64,000 bases of DNA from Promethearchaeota archaeon. Its GTDB lineage: Archaea > Asgardarchaeota > Heimdallarchaeia > Hodarchaeales > Hodarchaeaceae. This document shows, piece by piece, positions 38,172 to 48,303 of this stretch. The notes under the pieces are model-generated. The model was not told the origin of the DNA. It did not search any database and saw only the letters and a list, made by a program, of their open reading frames with translations. The DNA lies in contig JBHLMN010000002.1 in assembly GCA_048938105.1 (NCBI GenBank), forward strand, positions 1-64,000. The letters are read 5' to 3'. A program made the translations under genes and the position numbers. The first letter of the stretch is position 1. Every line of letters starts with the position of its first letter.

Positions 38172-39836
38172 ATGGAAGACGAAGATGTAAGGATTGGCAT
38201 ATTTGTCTGCCATTGTGGATCCAATATTGGAGGAGTTATGGATTGCAAAGCCATTGCAGAATATGCTGCTACTTTACCTAATGTGGTGTACGCGGAAGAT
38301 AACTTATATACTTGTTCCGAGGTCGGTCTCAAACAAATTAAAGAAGCTATTAAAGATCACAATCTCAACCGAGTAATTGTCGCATCTTGTACACCCAGAA
38401 CCCATGAAGCTCTCTTTCGGGACACCATTCGAGAAGCTGGATTGAATCCCTACCTTTTCGAGATGACGAACATAAGGGATCAATGCTCATGGGTTCATAC
38501 GAAGGAACCTGAGAAAGCAACCAATAAGGCAAAAGATTTGCTCAAAATGGCAATAGGTAGGGCAAAGTTGCTTGAGCCCCTTGAAAAAATCGAAGTAGGA
38601 GTCACACCTGCCGCTGTGGTAATTGGTGGTGGCATCGCGGGAATAACAGCAGCAGCCAATCTTGCTAATCAAGGGTATAAAGTTTTCCTCTTAGAAAAAA
38701 CCAATCAATTGGGTGGAATCATAAATCAATTATATAAGGTCTATCCTTCAAATGAATTAGCTTCCAATTTCATCCAGAAAAGGATAAATCACATCCAGAA
38801 CCATCCCAACATCGAAGTATTGACCAATACAACAATTAAAAACGTTTCTGGATTTGTGGGCGAATTCAATTTGGAAATCGAAGTTGGAAGTTCATTAAAA
38901 AAGGTCAAAGCTGGCATAATTATAATCGCTACAGGTGCCCAGGTTCTCAAAACCCAAGATGTTCAAGAATTCAAGGGTGAAAATGTAATCAATCAAGCAG
39001 AATTGGAAGGGCGATTGAAGAATGGGACTTTTAGCGCTAAAAATGTTGTAATGATCCAATGTGCAGGTGCTAGGATTCCTGAGCGACCTTATTGTTCTAA
39101 TATTTGTTGTATGACTGCCTTGAAGAATGCATTACTTATCAAGGAACAATCTCCAGACTCCGAAGTGACAATACTATATCAAGATATTCAAACTTTAGGG
39201 ACAAAGTATGAGGAAACCTACCAAAAAGCCCGAGAATCGCGAGTAATGTTCGTAAAATACTCCCCCGAAAAAATTCCTATCATTAAAGATAAACATGTTC
39301 AGGTCTATGCTGAATTAATTGGTGATGAAATTTCGATTCCTCGCGATCTAATAGTGTTATCCACTCCAATTGTAGCAAATCCAGATTCAAATGAATTGGC
39401 TCAATTTTTCAAGGTGCCATTGGAAGAAAATCAATTCTATCTAGAAGCACACATGAAATTACGGCCTGTGGATTTCGCCACAGATGGTATTTATGTCTGT
39501 GGATGCGCAAAATGGCCTGTTGATATTCCAGAGACAATTTCACAAGCATATGCAGCCTCTTCACGGGCAAGTACAATTTTGTCTCATGAAACCTTTGAAG
39601 TTGAAGGTTCAACAGCAAAAATCTTGGATAAGAGGAAATGTGTTGGATGTGAAATTTGCATTAAAATTTGTCCTTTTGGGGCCATAACCAAAAACGAAGA
39701 AGATGAAGTGGAGATTATTCAGGTTCTTTGCCATGGTTGCGGGATATGTGGCGCATCCTGTCCCCATAAGGCTATTACCATAAGTCATTTCACGACCGAG
39801 CAAATTGTATCACAAATTCATTCGTTTGGAGGTTAA
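38172..39836 (+). CDS. hdrA: HdrA-type flavoprotein, second module (N-terminal Cys domain, FAD, C-terminal ferredoxin)
   Basis: RIGIFVCHCG, ASCTPRTHE, NIRDQCSWVH, IGGGIAG, EAHMKLRPVDF and two C-terminal CxxCxxCxxxCP motifs. Confidence 0.9.
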   Translation: MEDEDVRIGIFVCHCGSNIGGVMDCKAIAEYAATLPNVVYAEDNLYTCSEVGLKQIKEAIKDHNLNRVIVASCTPRTHEALFRDTIREAGLNPYLFEMTNIRDQCSWVHTKEPEKATNKAKDLLKMAIGRAKLLEPLEKIEVGVTPAAVVIGGGIAGITAAANLANQGYKVFLLEKTNQLGGIINQLYKVYPSNELASNFIQKRINHIQNHPNIEVLTNTTIKNVSGFVGEFNLEIEVGSSLKKVKAGIIIIATGAQVLKTQDVQEFKGENVINQAELEGRLKNGTFSAKNVVMIQCAGARIPERPYCSNICCMTALKNALLIKEQSPDSEVTILYQDIQTLGTKYEETYQKARESRVMFVKYSPEKIPIIKDKHVQVYAELIGDEISIPRDLIVLSTPIVANPDSNELAQFFKVPLEENQFYLEAHMKLRPVDFATDGIYVCGCAKWPVDIPETISQAYAASSRASTILSHETFEVEGSTAKILDKRKCVGCEICIKICPFGAITKNEEDEVEIIQVLCHGCGICGASCPHKAITISHFTTEQIVSQIHSFGG

Positions 39837-39979
39837 TACGATAAGAATTTCAAAGAATAAAATGGGGCATCTGCTCATTGGCCTAACGAGTATGATAGTA
39901 TATCAAACTTTAAGCGATAATACGATTGAATATCAAAAAGAAATATCATTTCCAGAAATCATCAGAGGAGAATAGTGAT

Positions 39980-40750
39980 ATGAATTTCGAACCAAAAATT
40001 TTAGGTTTCCTTTGTAATTGGTGTTCTTACGCGGGAGCAGACCTAGCGGGGGTGAGCAGGATACAATATCCTCCTAATATTAGGATAATCCGTGTTATGT
40101 GTAGTGGTCGTGTCGACCCAGAGTTCTTTTTTGAAGGATTCCTTAAGGGAATTGATGGTATTATCTTAACAGGTTGCCATCTTGGTGATTGCCACTACTT
40201 AGAAGGAAATTATGAAGCATTGATGAAATTCGATTTAGTTAAACGCCTTCTCAGTTTCATAAACTTTGGAAATCGCGTTCGATTGGAATGGGTGTCTGCT
40301 TCAGAAGGCAAGCGATTCGCAGAAGTGGTAACTGATTTCACTAATCATATTAAAGAAATAGGTCCTTCTCCAATAGGACTAGATAATCCAGATCCAATGT
40401 TGGTAGAAAAGTTAAAAGCGTTAAAAAACGCTGCGGGTAGTCAAAAACTCAGGGCATTAGTGGGGCGGGAGAGAAAAATCACGGAGCAAGAAAATGTCTA
40501 CGGGGAAGTTGTATCTAAAGAGAAATTTATCGAGTTGTTGGATAAAGCAATAAAAGACGAATTCGAACGACAATGGATTTTATTAAAGCTCCAGAAAGAA
40601 CCTAAATCCGTGAAAGATATAGCTAAAGAATTAGAGATCGACTCTAGTGAAGTTTTGAATCATATTGTATCATTAAGAGGACAAAATCTCGTTGTGTTGG
40701 AAAAAATTGAGGGGCTTTCTCCAATTTATGCAAAAATCGGGGAAAATTAA
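39980..40750 (+). CDS. mvhD: MvhD/FlxD [2Fe-2S] protein fused to a C-terminal winged-helix domain
   Basis: FLCNWCSYAGAD, RVMCSGRV, GCHLGDCHY and WVSASEG; C-terminal PKSVKDIAKELEIDSSEVLNHIVSLRGQNLV. The ATG at 39980 follows a GAGGAG RBS. Confidence 0.88.
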   Translation: MNFEPKILGFLCNWCSYAGADLAGVSRIQYPPNIRIIRVMCSGRVDPEFFFEGFLKGIDGIILTGCHLGDCHYLEGNYEALMKFDLVKRLLSFINFGNRVRLEWVSASEGKRFAEVVTDFTNHIKEIGPSPIGLDNPDPMLVEKLKALKNAAGSQKLRALVGRERKITEQENVYGEVVSKEKFIELLDKAIKDEFERQWILLKLQKEPKSVKDIAKELEIDSSEVLNHIVSLRGQNLVVLEKIEGLSPIYAKIGEN

Positions 40751-43700
40751 ATGGAAAATGTCGGAGCAGTTTTAGTAGTAGGTGGGGGTATCGGAGGAAC
40801 TCAGGCGGCATTAGATTTATCTATGTCTGGCTATAAAGTATATCTACTTGAGTCTTCTACTAGTATTGGAGGAGTAATGGCCCAATTAGACAAAACATTT
40901 CCTACGAATGATTGCTCTATGTGCATTCTCTCACCAAAATTAGTTGAAGCAGGTCGTGCTCGGAATATTGACCTGATTATTAATGCAAAAATAGAAAAAG
41001 TGGAAGGTGAGGCTGGAAATTTCCAAATAACAATTTTTAAGCGCTCTCTCTACATAAATGAAGAAAAATGTACTGGATGTGGGGTATGTGCTTCTGAATG
41101 CCCTGTTGAAGCTATAGACCTCTTCAATGAAGGATTAGGAAAGATAAAAGCTATTTCAGTCAAGTATCCCCAAGCTGTTCCTTTAGTGTTTGCAATTAAT
41201 CACGAGAACTGTATTGGATGTGGAGTATGTGAAGGAGTTTGTAAAGCTGGAGCAGTTGAATACGACCAAGAAGATAGAATAATCGTTTTAAATGTTGGCG
41301 CAATCATTCTCGCTTTAGGTTATGATGAGTTCAATCCAACAGCTTTGAAACAATATGGCTATGGGAAATTCAAAAATGTTATTACCAGTATCGAGTTTGA
41401 GCGAATCCTAAGTGCGAGTGGGCCTTATGCAGGGAAAGTCCTGAGACCATCTGATGGAGATATACCAGAAAAGGTCGCATTTCTCCAATGTGTGGGATCC
41501 CGAGATTGCAATGTCGAGAAAGAATATTGTTCTTCCGTTTGTTGTATGTACACAGCTAAAGAAGCTGTGATTGCTAAGGAGCACCAGCAAGAGGTGAATC
41601 CAACTATTTTTTACATGGATATTCGGGCTTATGGCAAAGATTTTGATAAATACATAGATCGAGCGAGAGAGGAATACGGTGTACGCTATATCCAAAGTCG
41701 AATTTCATCAATCCAAGAGATTCACAACACAAAAGATTTGAAATTAGTGTATGAAAACATGAAAGGAGAGGTTGTGGAAGAGATTTTTAACATGGTTGTC
41801 TTAGCTGTGGGTTTGGATGCTCCCCGCGATGCTTTGGAGTTAGCTAAGGTAATGGGAATTTCCCTGAACAAATTCGGATTTGCCCAACCAGATCCTCTTA
41901 CTCCAGTCAGAACCATTAAACAAGGTGTTTATGTTTGTGGTGCCTTTGCTTCCCCAAAAGACATCCCCGAAACTGTAACTGAAGCAAGCGCGGCTGCTGG
42001 TGAAGTGAATGTTCTCTTGTCAGATGCGAGAAACAAGTTAATTGTTAAAAAAGAGTATCCTGAAGAAATAGAAGTTCAAAATCAACCACCACGGCTTGGT
42101 GTGTTCATTTGTCATTGTGGGATTAATATTGGAGGTGTGGTTGATGTCCCAGCGGTAACAGAGTATGCTAGCAAGTTACCAAACGTGGTATTAGCCGATC
42201 AGAACTTGTACACGTGTTCAGCTGATACTCAAGAGATTATCAAAGACAAAATTTTGGAGAATGGGCTTAACCGAGTGGTCGTTGCCTCTTGTACACCCCG
42301 TACTCACGAACCAATGTTTCAAGAAACAATTAGGGAGGCTGGGCTGAATCCTTATCTCTTTCAAATGACCAATATTCGTGACCAAGATTCGTGGGTACAT
42401 ATGCATGAGCCTGAAGCGGCTACAGAGAAGGCGAAGGATCTGGTACGAATGGCCGTAGCGGCAGCACGAAACCTAGAACCTTTACAGCGTCAAAAAATCA
42501 AAATGACTAAGAAAGTGCTAGTGATTGGAGGTGGGGTCTCTGGATTAAATGCTGCTCTTGCTTTTGGGGAACAGGGGTTTGAAACCTATTTAGTTGAGCG
42601 TGAAAAAGAACTGGGTGGTTTTGCCAGGAATATTTTTACTACATTGGAAGGAAAAAATGTCCAAAAATATCTTACTGATATAGTCCACAAAGTGAAATCC
42701 AACGATAAAATTCAGATATTCACGGATACAACGATCAAGAGTATTGAAGGTTATGTTGGAAACTTCAGGACGACCGTGATGCACAATCCCAATGGGAATG
42801 AAAGCGAGCTCGAGCATGGGGTGGTAATTGTTGCAACAGGAGCAAAAGAATATCAACCTAAGGAGTACATGTTTGGTGAAGACCCGCGTGTAATCCTACA
42901 ATCACGTTTTGAGAAATTAGTGCATACTGACCCAGATCAACTAAAACAGAAGAAGACCATAGTCATGATTCAATGTGTTGGGTCTAGGAATGCGGAACAC
43001 CCCTATTGTAGTCGTGTCTGTTGCGTGGAAGCCATTAAAAACGCCTTAAAAATGAAAAAAACAAATCCTAGTGTGAATATAGTAATCATGTTTAGAGATA
43101 TCCGTACCTATGGTTTCAAAGAATTATATTACCGAAAAGCAAGAGAGGCAGGAGTTGTTTTCATCCAATTTGAAAAGGAAAGTTATCCTGAGATTATATC
43201 TAAAAATGAATGCTTATCAGTAACTGTAAAAAACCCAAAACTTGGAATTATTTCCGTGGATGCTAATCTCGTTGTGTTAAGTACTGGAATCGTTGCATGG
43301 GAGGAAAATGAGGATCTTGCTAAGATGTTGAAAGTACCAATAAACGATGATAATTTCTTCCTAGAAGCACATGTAAAATTACGCCCTGTGGACTTCGCAA
43401 CAGAGGGGGTATTTCTAGCAGGAATGGCACACGCTCCGAAATTTATTGAGAACTCAATTGCACAGGCTTTAGCAACTGTTTCAAGAGCTTGTATTTATCT
43501 CTCAAAAGACTCAATTGAAGCAGAAGGTAGTACCTCATTTGTTGATGAAGAAATTTGCGTGGGTTGTGGTGTTTGTTACGAAATCTGTTCCTATAATGCT
43601 ATTTTCCTAAAAGAAGAAGATGGCAAAGCCTGTGTAAATGATGTTTTATGTAAGGGATGCGGACTTTGTGCCGCAAGTTGCCCTGAGAAAGCAATAACAA

Positions 43701-43765
43701 TAAAACATTTCACAAATGATATGATATTAGCTCAAATTTCAGCATTAGGAGGGATATCTCAATGA
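40751..43765 (+). CDS. hdrA: Large two-module HdrA-like flavoprotein (1004 aa), copy 1
   Basis: Two Rossmann GGG motifs, LDKTFPTNDC, an internal RLGVFICHCG and four ferredoxin motifs. Confidence 0.92.
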   Translation: MENVGAVLVVGGGIGGTQAALDLSMSGYKVYLLESSTSIGGVMAQLDKTFPTNDCSMCILSPKLVEAGRARNIDLIINAKIEKVEGEAGNFQITIFKRSLYINEEKCTGCGVCASECPVEAIDLFNEGLGKIKAISVKYPQAVPLVFAINHENCIGCGVCEGVCKAGAVEYDQEDRIIVLNVGAIILALGYDEFNPTALKQYGYGKFKNVITSIEFERILSASGPYAGKVLRPSDGDIPEKVAFLQCVGSRDCNVEKEYCSSVCCMYTAKEAVIAKEHQQEVNPTIFYMDIRAYGKDFDKYIDRAREEYGVRYIQSRISSIQEIHNTKDLKLVYENMKGEVVEEIFNMVVLAVGLDAPRDALELAKVMGISLNKFGFAQPDPLTPVRTIKQGVYVCGAFASPKDIPETVTEASAAAGEVNVLLSDARNKLIVKKEYPEEIEVQNQPPRLGVFICHCGINIGGVVDVPAVTEYASKLPNVVLADQNLYTCSADTQEIIKDKILENGLNRVVVASCTPRTHEPMFQETIREAGLNPYLFQMTNIRDQDSWVHMHEPEAATEKAKDLVRMAVAAARNLEPLQRQKIKMTKKVLVIGGGVSGLNAALAFGEQGFETYLVEREKELGGFARNIFTTLEGKNVQKYLTDIVHKVKSNDKIQIFTDTTIKSIEGYVGNFRTTVMHNPNGNESELEHGVVIVATGAKEYQPKEYMFGEDPRVILQSRFEKLVHTDPDQLKQKKTIVMIQCVGSRNAEHPYCSRVCCVEAIKNALKMKKTNPSVNIVIMFRDIRTYGFKELYYRKAREAGVVFIQFEKESYPEIISKNECLSVTVKNPKLGIISVDANLVVLSTGIVAWEENEDLAKMLKVPINDDNFFLEAHVKLRPVDFATEGVFLAGMAHAPKFIENSIAQALATVSRACIYLSKDSIEAEGSTSFVDEEICVGCGVCYEICSYNAIFLKEEDGKACVNDVLCKGCGLCAASCPEKAITIKHFTNDMILAQISALGGISQ
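42128..43023 (+). repeat. ~0.9-kb tract apparently identical to 45136-46031
   Basis: Offset 3008 bp; identical antisense shadow ORFs (42218/45226 and 42590/45598). First mismatches at 42127/45135 and 43024/46032. Confidence 0.9.
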
Positions 43766-46764
43766 GTATAGGAGCAGTCTTGATCGTCGGAGGAGGTATT
43801 GGGGGAACACAAGCTGCATTGGATTTAAATGAATCAGGATTTAAAGTTTACATAGCTGAAACCACTACGAGTATTGGAGGTGTGATGGCTCAGCTTGACA
43901 AAACTTTCCCAACGAATGACTGCGCAATGTGCATTGTATCTCCAAAATTGGTCGAAGCAGGACGTGCACAGAACATTGAATTAATGATTAATTGTGATAT
44001 AGAAAAAATCGAGGGAGAGGCGGGTAATTTCCAAGTTACTCTTAATAAGCGAGCCCTTTTTGTGAATCAAGATAAATGTACTGGTTGCGCTATCTGTGCA
44101 ACAAAATGCCCAGTAGAAGCCATTGATTTTTTCAATGAGGGTCTTGCAAAAGTAAAAGCTACTTCCATTAAATATCCACAAGCTGTGCCATTAGTATTTT
44201 CAATTGATAATAAGAAATGCATAGGATGTGGTATCTGTTTCAGAATGTGTAAAGCTAATGCAATTGAATACAACCAAAGGGATGAAAAGATTATACTAAA
44301 CATTGGAGCTGTGATTCTAGCCCCAGGATTTGATGAATTCAATCCAACAATTTTGAAACAATATGGTTATGGAAAATTCAAAAATGTCATTACCAGTATC
44401 GAGTTTGAGCGAATCCTAAGTGCGAGTGGGCCTTATGGAGGGAATGTCCTAAGACCATCTGATGGGGATATTCCAGAAAAGGTGGCATTCTTACAATGCG
44501 TAGGATCAAGGGATTGTACAATTGAGAAGGAATATTGTTCATCAGTTTGTTGCATGTACACTGCAAAAGAAGCCGTAATTGCCAAGGAACACCAAAAAGA
44601 AGTGAATCCTACTATCTTTTACATGGATATTCGGGCTTATGGTAAAGATTTTGATAAATACATTGAACGGGCAAAAGAAGAATATGGAGTTCGTTACATC
44701 CAAAGTCGGATATCCTCGATTCAAGAGATTCCAGAGACTTGTGACCTAAAAATAACGTATGAAAACGAAAAGGGGGAAGTATTGGAAGAAATTTTCAATA
44801 TGGTTGTGCTAGCAGTCGGATTAGATGCTCCCCAGGAGGCCCAAAAAATTGCACGACTAATGGATATTGAATTAAATAAATATGGTTTTGTTGCACCAAA
44901 TAATTTTGCTCCTGTTGGAACAAATAAACAAGGTGTTTATGTTTGTGGTGCCTTTGCTTCCCCAAAAGACATCCCCGAAACCGTAACTGAAGCAAGCGCG
45001 GCTGCTGGTGAAGTGAATGTACTACTATCTAAAGCAAGGGGTCAATTAATCACTAAAAAAGAATATCCTGAAGAAATAGATGTCATTAATCTACCCCCTC
45101 GAATTGGTGTATTCATTTGTCATTGTGGGATTAACATTGGAGGTGTGGTTGATGTCCCAGCGGTAACAGAGTATGCTAGCAAGTTACCAAACGTGGTATT
45201 AGCCGATCAGAACTTGTACACGTGTTCAGCTGATACTCAAGAGATTATCAAAGACAAAATTTTGGAGAATGGGCTTAACCGAGTGGTCGTTGCCTCTTGT
45301 ACACCCCGTACTCACGAACCAATGTTTCAAGAAACAATTAGGGAGGCTGGGCTGAATCCTTATCTCTTTCAAATGACCAATATTCGTGACCAAGATTCGT
45401 GGGTACATATGCATGAGCCTGAAGCGGCTACAGAGAAGGCGAAGGATCTGGTACGAATGGCCGTAGCGGCAGCACGAAACCTAGAACCTTTACAGCGTCA
45501 AAAAATCAAAATGACTAAGAAAGTGCTAGTGATTGGAGGTGGGGTCTCTGGATTAAATGCTGCTCTTGCTTTTGGGGAACAGGGGTTTGAAACCTATTTA
45601 GTTGAGCGTGAAAAAGAACTGGGTGGTTTTGCCAGGAATATTTTTACTACATTGGAAGGAAAAAATGTCCAAAAATATCTTACTGATATAGTCCACAAAG
45701 TGAAATCCAACGATAAAATTCAGATATTCACGGATACAACGATCAAGAGTATTGAAGGTTATGTTGGAAACTTCAGGACGACCGTGATGCACAATCCCAA
45801 TGGGAATGAAAGCGAGCTCGAGCATGGGGTGGTAATTGTTGCAACAGGAGCAAAAGAATATCAACCTAAGGAGTACATGTTTGGTGAAGACCCGCGTGTA
45901 ATCCTACAATCACGTTTTGAGAAATTAGTGCATACTGACCCAGATCAACTAAAACAGAAGAAGACCATAGTCATGATTCAATGTGTTGGGTCTAGGAATG
46001 CGGAACACCCCTATTGTAGTCGTGTCTGTTGTGTGGAAGCCATTAAAAACGCCTTGAAAATGAAATCATTGAATCCTGATATAAACATCGTAATTCTCTA
46101 CAGAGACATTCGAACATATGGTTTCAAGGAGCTATATTATCAAGAAGCACGTCACAAAGGAATATTGTTTATCCAATTCAAAAAAGGAAAGGAACCGCGA
46201 GTAGAGGAAAATAATGGTAAATTAAGGGTTGTTGTGGATAATACAAGGTTAGGAGAAATTTTAATTGATACTGACCTTTTAGTTTTGAGCGTAGGAATAG
46301 TTGCACGAGAAGACAATAAAGAATTAGCAACAATGTTGAAAGTCCCTTTAAACGACGATCATTTTTACTTAGAAGCGCATGTGAAACTACGTCCTGTGGA
46401 TTTTGCAACAGAGGGAGTATTTTTAGCAGGATTAGCTCATTCACCAAAGTATATCGAAAATTGCATCGCTCAATCCCTTGCAACGGTTTCAAGAGCATGT
46501 ACTTTGTTAACACTTGATACAATAGAGTCTGAAGGCAAAATCTCAGTTGTTAATAGCATTCGGTGTATGGGATGTGGTCTGTGTGTATCTGTGTGCGCAT
46601 ATAATGCGATTTCAATCAATGAAGAGGATGGAAAAGCCTATATCAATGAGGCCTTATGTAAAGGTTGTGGTGCTTGTTCTGCCACATGTAGATGTTCTGC
46701 AATTGACGTATTAGGTTTCACAGACCAACAAATCAATAATATGATTTTCACCAAGGAGTATTAA
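43762..46764 (+). CDS. hdrA: Large two-module HdrA-like flavoprotein (1000 aa), copy 2
   Basis: Same architecture as 40751..43765, with an ATGA overlap. Confidence 0.92.
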   Translation: MSIGAVLIVGGGIGGTQAALDLNESGFKVYIAETTTSIGGVMAQLDKTFPTNDCAMCIVSPKLVEAGRAQNIELMINCDIEKIEGEAGNFQVTLNKRALFVNQDKCTGCAICATKCPVEAIDFFNEGLAKVKATSIKYPQAVPLVFSIDNKKCIGCGICFRMCKANAIEYNQRDEKIILNIGAVILAPGFDEFNPTILKQYGYGKFKNVITSIEFERILSASGPYGGNVLRPSDGDIPEKVAFLQCVGSRDCTIEKEYCSSVCCMYTAKEAVIAKEHQKEVNPTIFYMDIRAYGKDFDKYIERAKEEYGVRYIQSRISSIQEIPETCDLKITYENEKGEVLEEIFNMVVLAVGLDAPQEAQKIARLMDIELNKYGFVAPNNFAPVGTNKQGVYVCGAFASPKDIPETVTEASAAAGEVNVLLSKARGQLITKKEYPEEIDVINLPPRIGVFICHCGINIGGVVDVPAVTEYASKLPNVVLADQNLYTCSADTQEIIKDKILENGLNRVVVASCTPRTHEPMFQETIREAGLNPYLFQMTNIRDQDSWVHMHEPEAATEKAKDLVRMAVAAARNLEPLQRQKIKMTKKVLVIGGGVSGLNAALAFGEQGFETYLVEREKELGGFARNIFTTLEGKNVQKYLTDIVHKVKSNDKIQIFTDTTIKSIEGYVGNFRTTVMHNPNGNESELEHGVVIVATGAKEYQPKEYMFGEDPRVILQSRFEKLVHTDPDQLKQKKTIVMIQCVGSRNAEHPYCSRVCCVEAIKNALKMKSLNPDINIVILYRDIRTYGFKELYYQEARHKGILFIQFKKGKEPRVEENNGKLRVVVDNTRLGEILIDTDLLVLSVGIVAREDNKELATMLKVPLNDDHFYLEAHVKLRPVDFATEGVFLAGLAHSPKYIENCIAQSLATVSRACTLLTLDTIESEGKISVVNSIRCMGCGLCVSVCAYNAISINEEDGKAYINEALCKGCGACSATCRCSAIDVLGFTDQQINNMIFTKEY
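45136..46031 (+). repeat. Second copy of the ~0.9-kb identical hdrA tract
   Basis: See 42128-43023. Confidence 0.9.
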
Positions 46765-46788
46765 AAGTACCAAAAAAAGGATGAAAAA

Positions 46789-47247
46789 ATGACTAAAATT
46801 ATCACCCAATCTAATTCAATAAACGAATCAAAAGATTGGGAACCAAAAATAATAGCCTTCTTATGTAATTGGTGTTCTTATGCTGGAGCAGATTTGGCTG
46901 GGGTAAGTCGAATTCAATATCCGCCTAACATACGTATAGTTAGAGTCCCCTGTTCCGGACGAATTAGTCCGTATTATATTTTAAAAAGTCTTCAAGTAGG
47001 ATGGGACGCAGTGCTTGTATCTGGCTGTCATCCTGGTGATTGTCATTATTTAACAGGTAATTTAGTAGCTCGAAGAAGGTTTGCTGTATTGAAAGATTTA
47101 TTGATTTTTATGGGAATTGAACCAGAACGGGTGAATTTTACTTGGGTTTCCGCAGCTGAAGGAGAAAGATTTGCAAAAATTATAGGAAAAGTTGTAGAGA
47201 AAGTGAAAATAGTCGGCCCCATAAGAAAGATGTTAAAAAAGCTGTGA
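46789..47247 (+). CDS. flxD: MvhD/FlxD [2Fe-2S] protein
   Basis: FLCNWCSYAGAD, RVPCSGRI, GCHPGDCHY and WVSAAEG; heads the flxDCBA-like series. Confidence 0.88.
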   Translation: MTKIITQSNSINESKDWEPKIIAFLCNWCSYAGADLAGVSRIQYPPNIRIVRVPCSGRISPYYILKSLQVGWDAVLVSGCHPGDCHYLTGNLVARRRFAVLKDLLIFMGIEPERVNFTWVSAAEGERFAKIIGKVVEKVKIVGPIRKMLKKL

Positions 47248-47325
47248 AAGGTTTAATGGATACTATTTGTAAAAAAATCCATAGAAGAAAGTGTAAATTG
47301 AAAGGAAAGGCTTTGGGAAACAAGA

Positions 47326-48291
47326 ATGGTTGATTTTGAAAGTGAAATGAAGCAACTCGCAAGAAAATTGTTGACTAGTAAGACAGTAGATAAAATAATT
47401 GGTTATCAGCAGTGTTCATCCACAAAGGAGACAATACCTCTTATTATTAATGATCCTACTTTGGTTGACAATTTAGTTTGGAATTCACTGTGTGACATCA
47501 ATTTGGCAAGGTACGTGGATAGAGCTGATAAACAATCAAAAATTGGGATTATAGCCAAGGGTTGCGTGAGTAGAGCACTTATACAATTAATTTATGAGAA
47601 ACAGATTAACAGGGATAATATTTACATTATTGGTTTGAATTGTGGAGGAATGGTTGACCAAAGGAGGATTAAAGAAGAAGTTGGAAATAAAGAAATCTTA
47701 GAATGGGAGGAAACTGAGAAAGAAATTGTTGTAAAAGGGAAGGGGTTTGAAAAGAGTTTTGCAAAAGATGAATATATGAATTATTTATGTAAAGTTTGTA
47801 AGTTTCCAGTTCCACCTATTTATGATGAATTGATTGGTGGGGATAAGCCAAAAGAGACCATAAACAAGAATTATGAGGACATCGAGGAATTTGAGGGTAA
47901 ATCCCCTGATGAAAAATGGGAATATTTCTCTAATGAATTGAAAAATTGTATCAGATGTTATGCTTGTAGACAAGCGTGTCCTTTATGTTATTGCGAGGAA
48001 TGCTTCTGTGACCAAAGTCAACCAGTTTGGTTTGGAAAATCAACAGAATTGTCTGACACTATAATTTTTCATCTTGTTAGGTCAATGCATCTTACAGGCC
48101 GTTGCGTTGCTTGTGGGGATTGTAATACTGTATGTCCTGTAGGTATAGATTTAATTCCTCTTACTAGAAAGTTAGAAAAAATCGTAAAAGAACGCTTCAA
48201 TTTTACTGTTGGCTTGGATCTTGAAAAGGTTCCTCCACTTTCTGATTTTAGAATGGATGACCAAGAAGAATTTATGGTGGAAGAGGATTAG
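47326..48291 (+). CDS. flxC: FlxC-like iron-sulfur protein (FrhB/FdhB-like N-terminus)
   Basis: AKGC, CIRCYACRQACPLCYCEECF and HLTGRCVACGDC..VCP. Confidence 0.8.
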   Translation: MVDFESEMKQLARKLLTSKTVDKIIGYQQCSSTKETIPLIINDPTLVDNLVWNSLCDINLARYVDRADKQSKIGIIAKGCVSRALIQLIYEKQINRDNIYIIGLNCGGMVDQRRIKEEVGNKEILEWEETEKEIVVKGKGFEKSFAKDEYMNYLCKVCKFPVPPIYDELIGGDKPKETINKNYEDIEEFEGKSPDEKWEYFSNELKNCIRCYACRQACPLCYCEECFCDQSQPVWFGKSTELSDTIIFHLVRSMHLTGRCVACGDCNTVCPVGIDLIPLTRKLEKIVKERFNFTVGLDLEKVPPLSDFRMDDQEEFMVEED

Positions 48292-48303
48292 GAGGTGGGA
48301 ATA

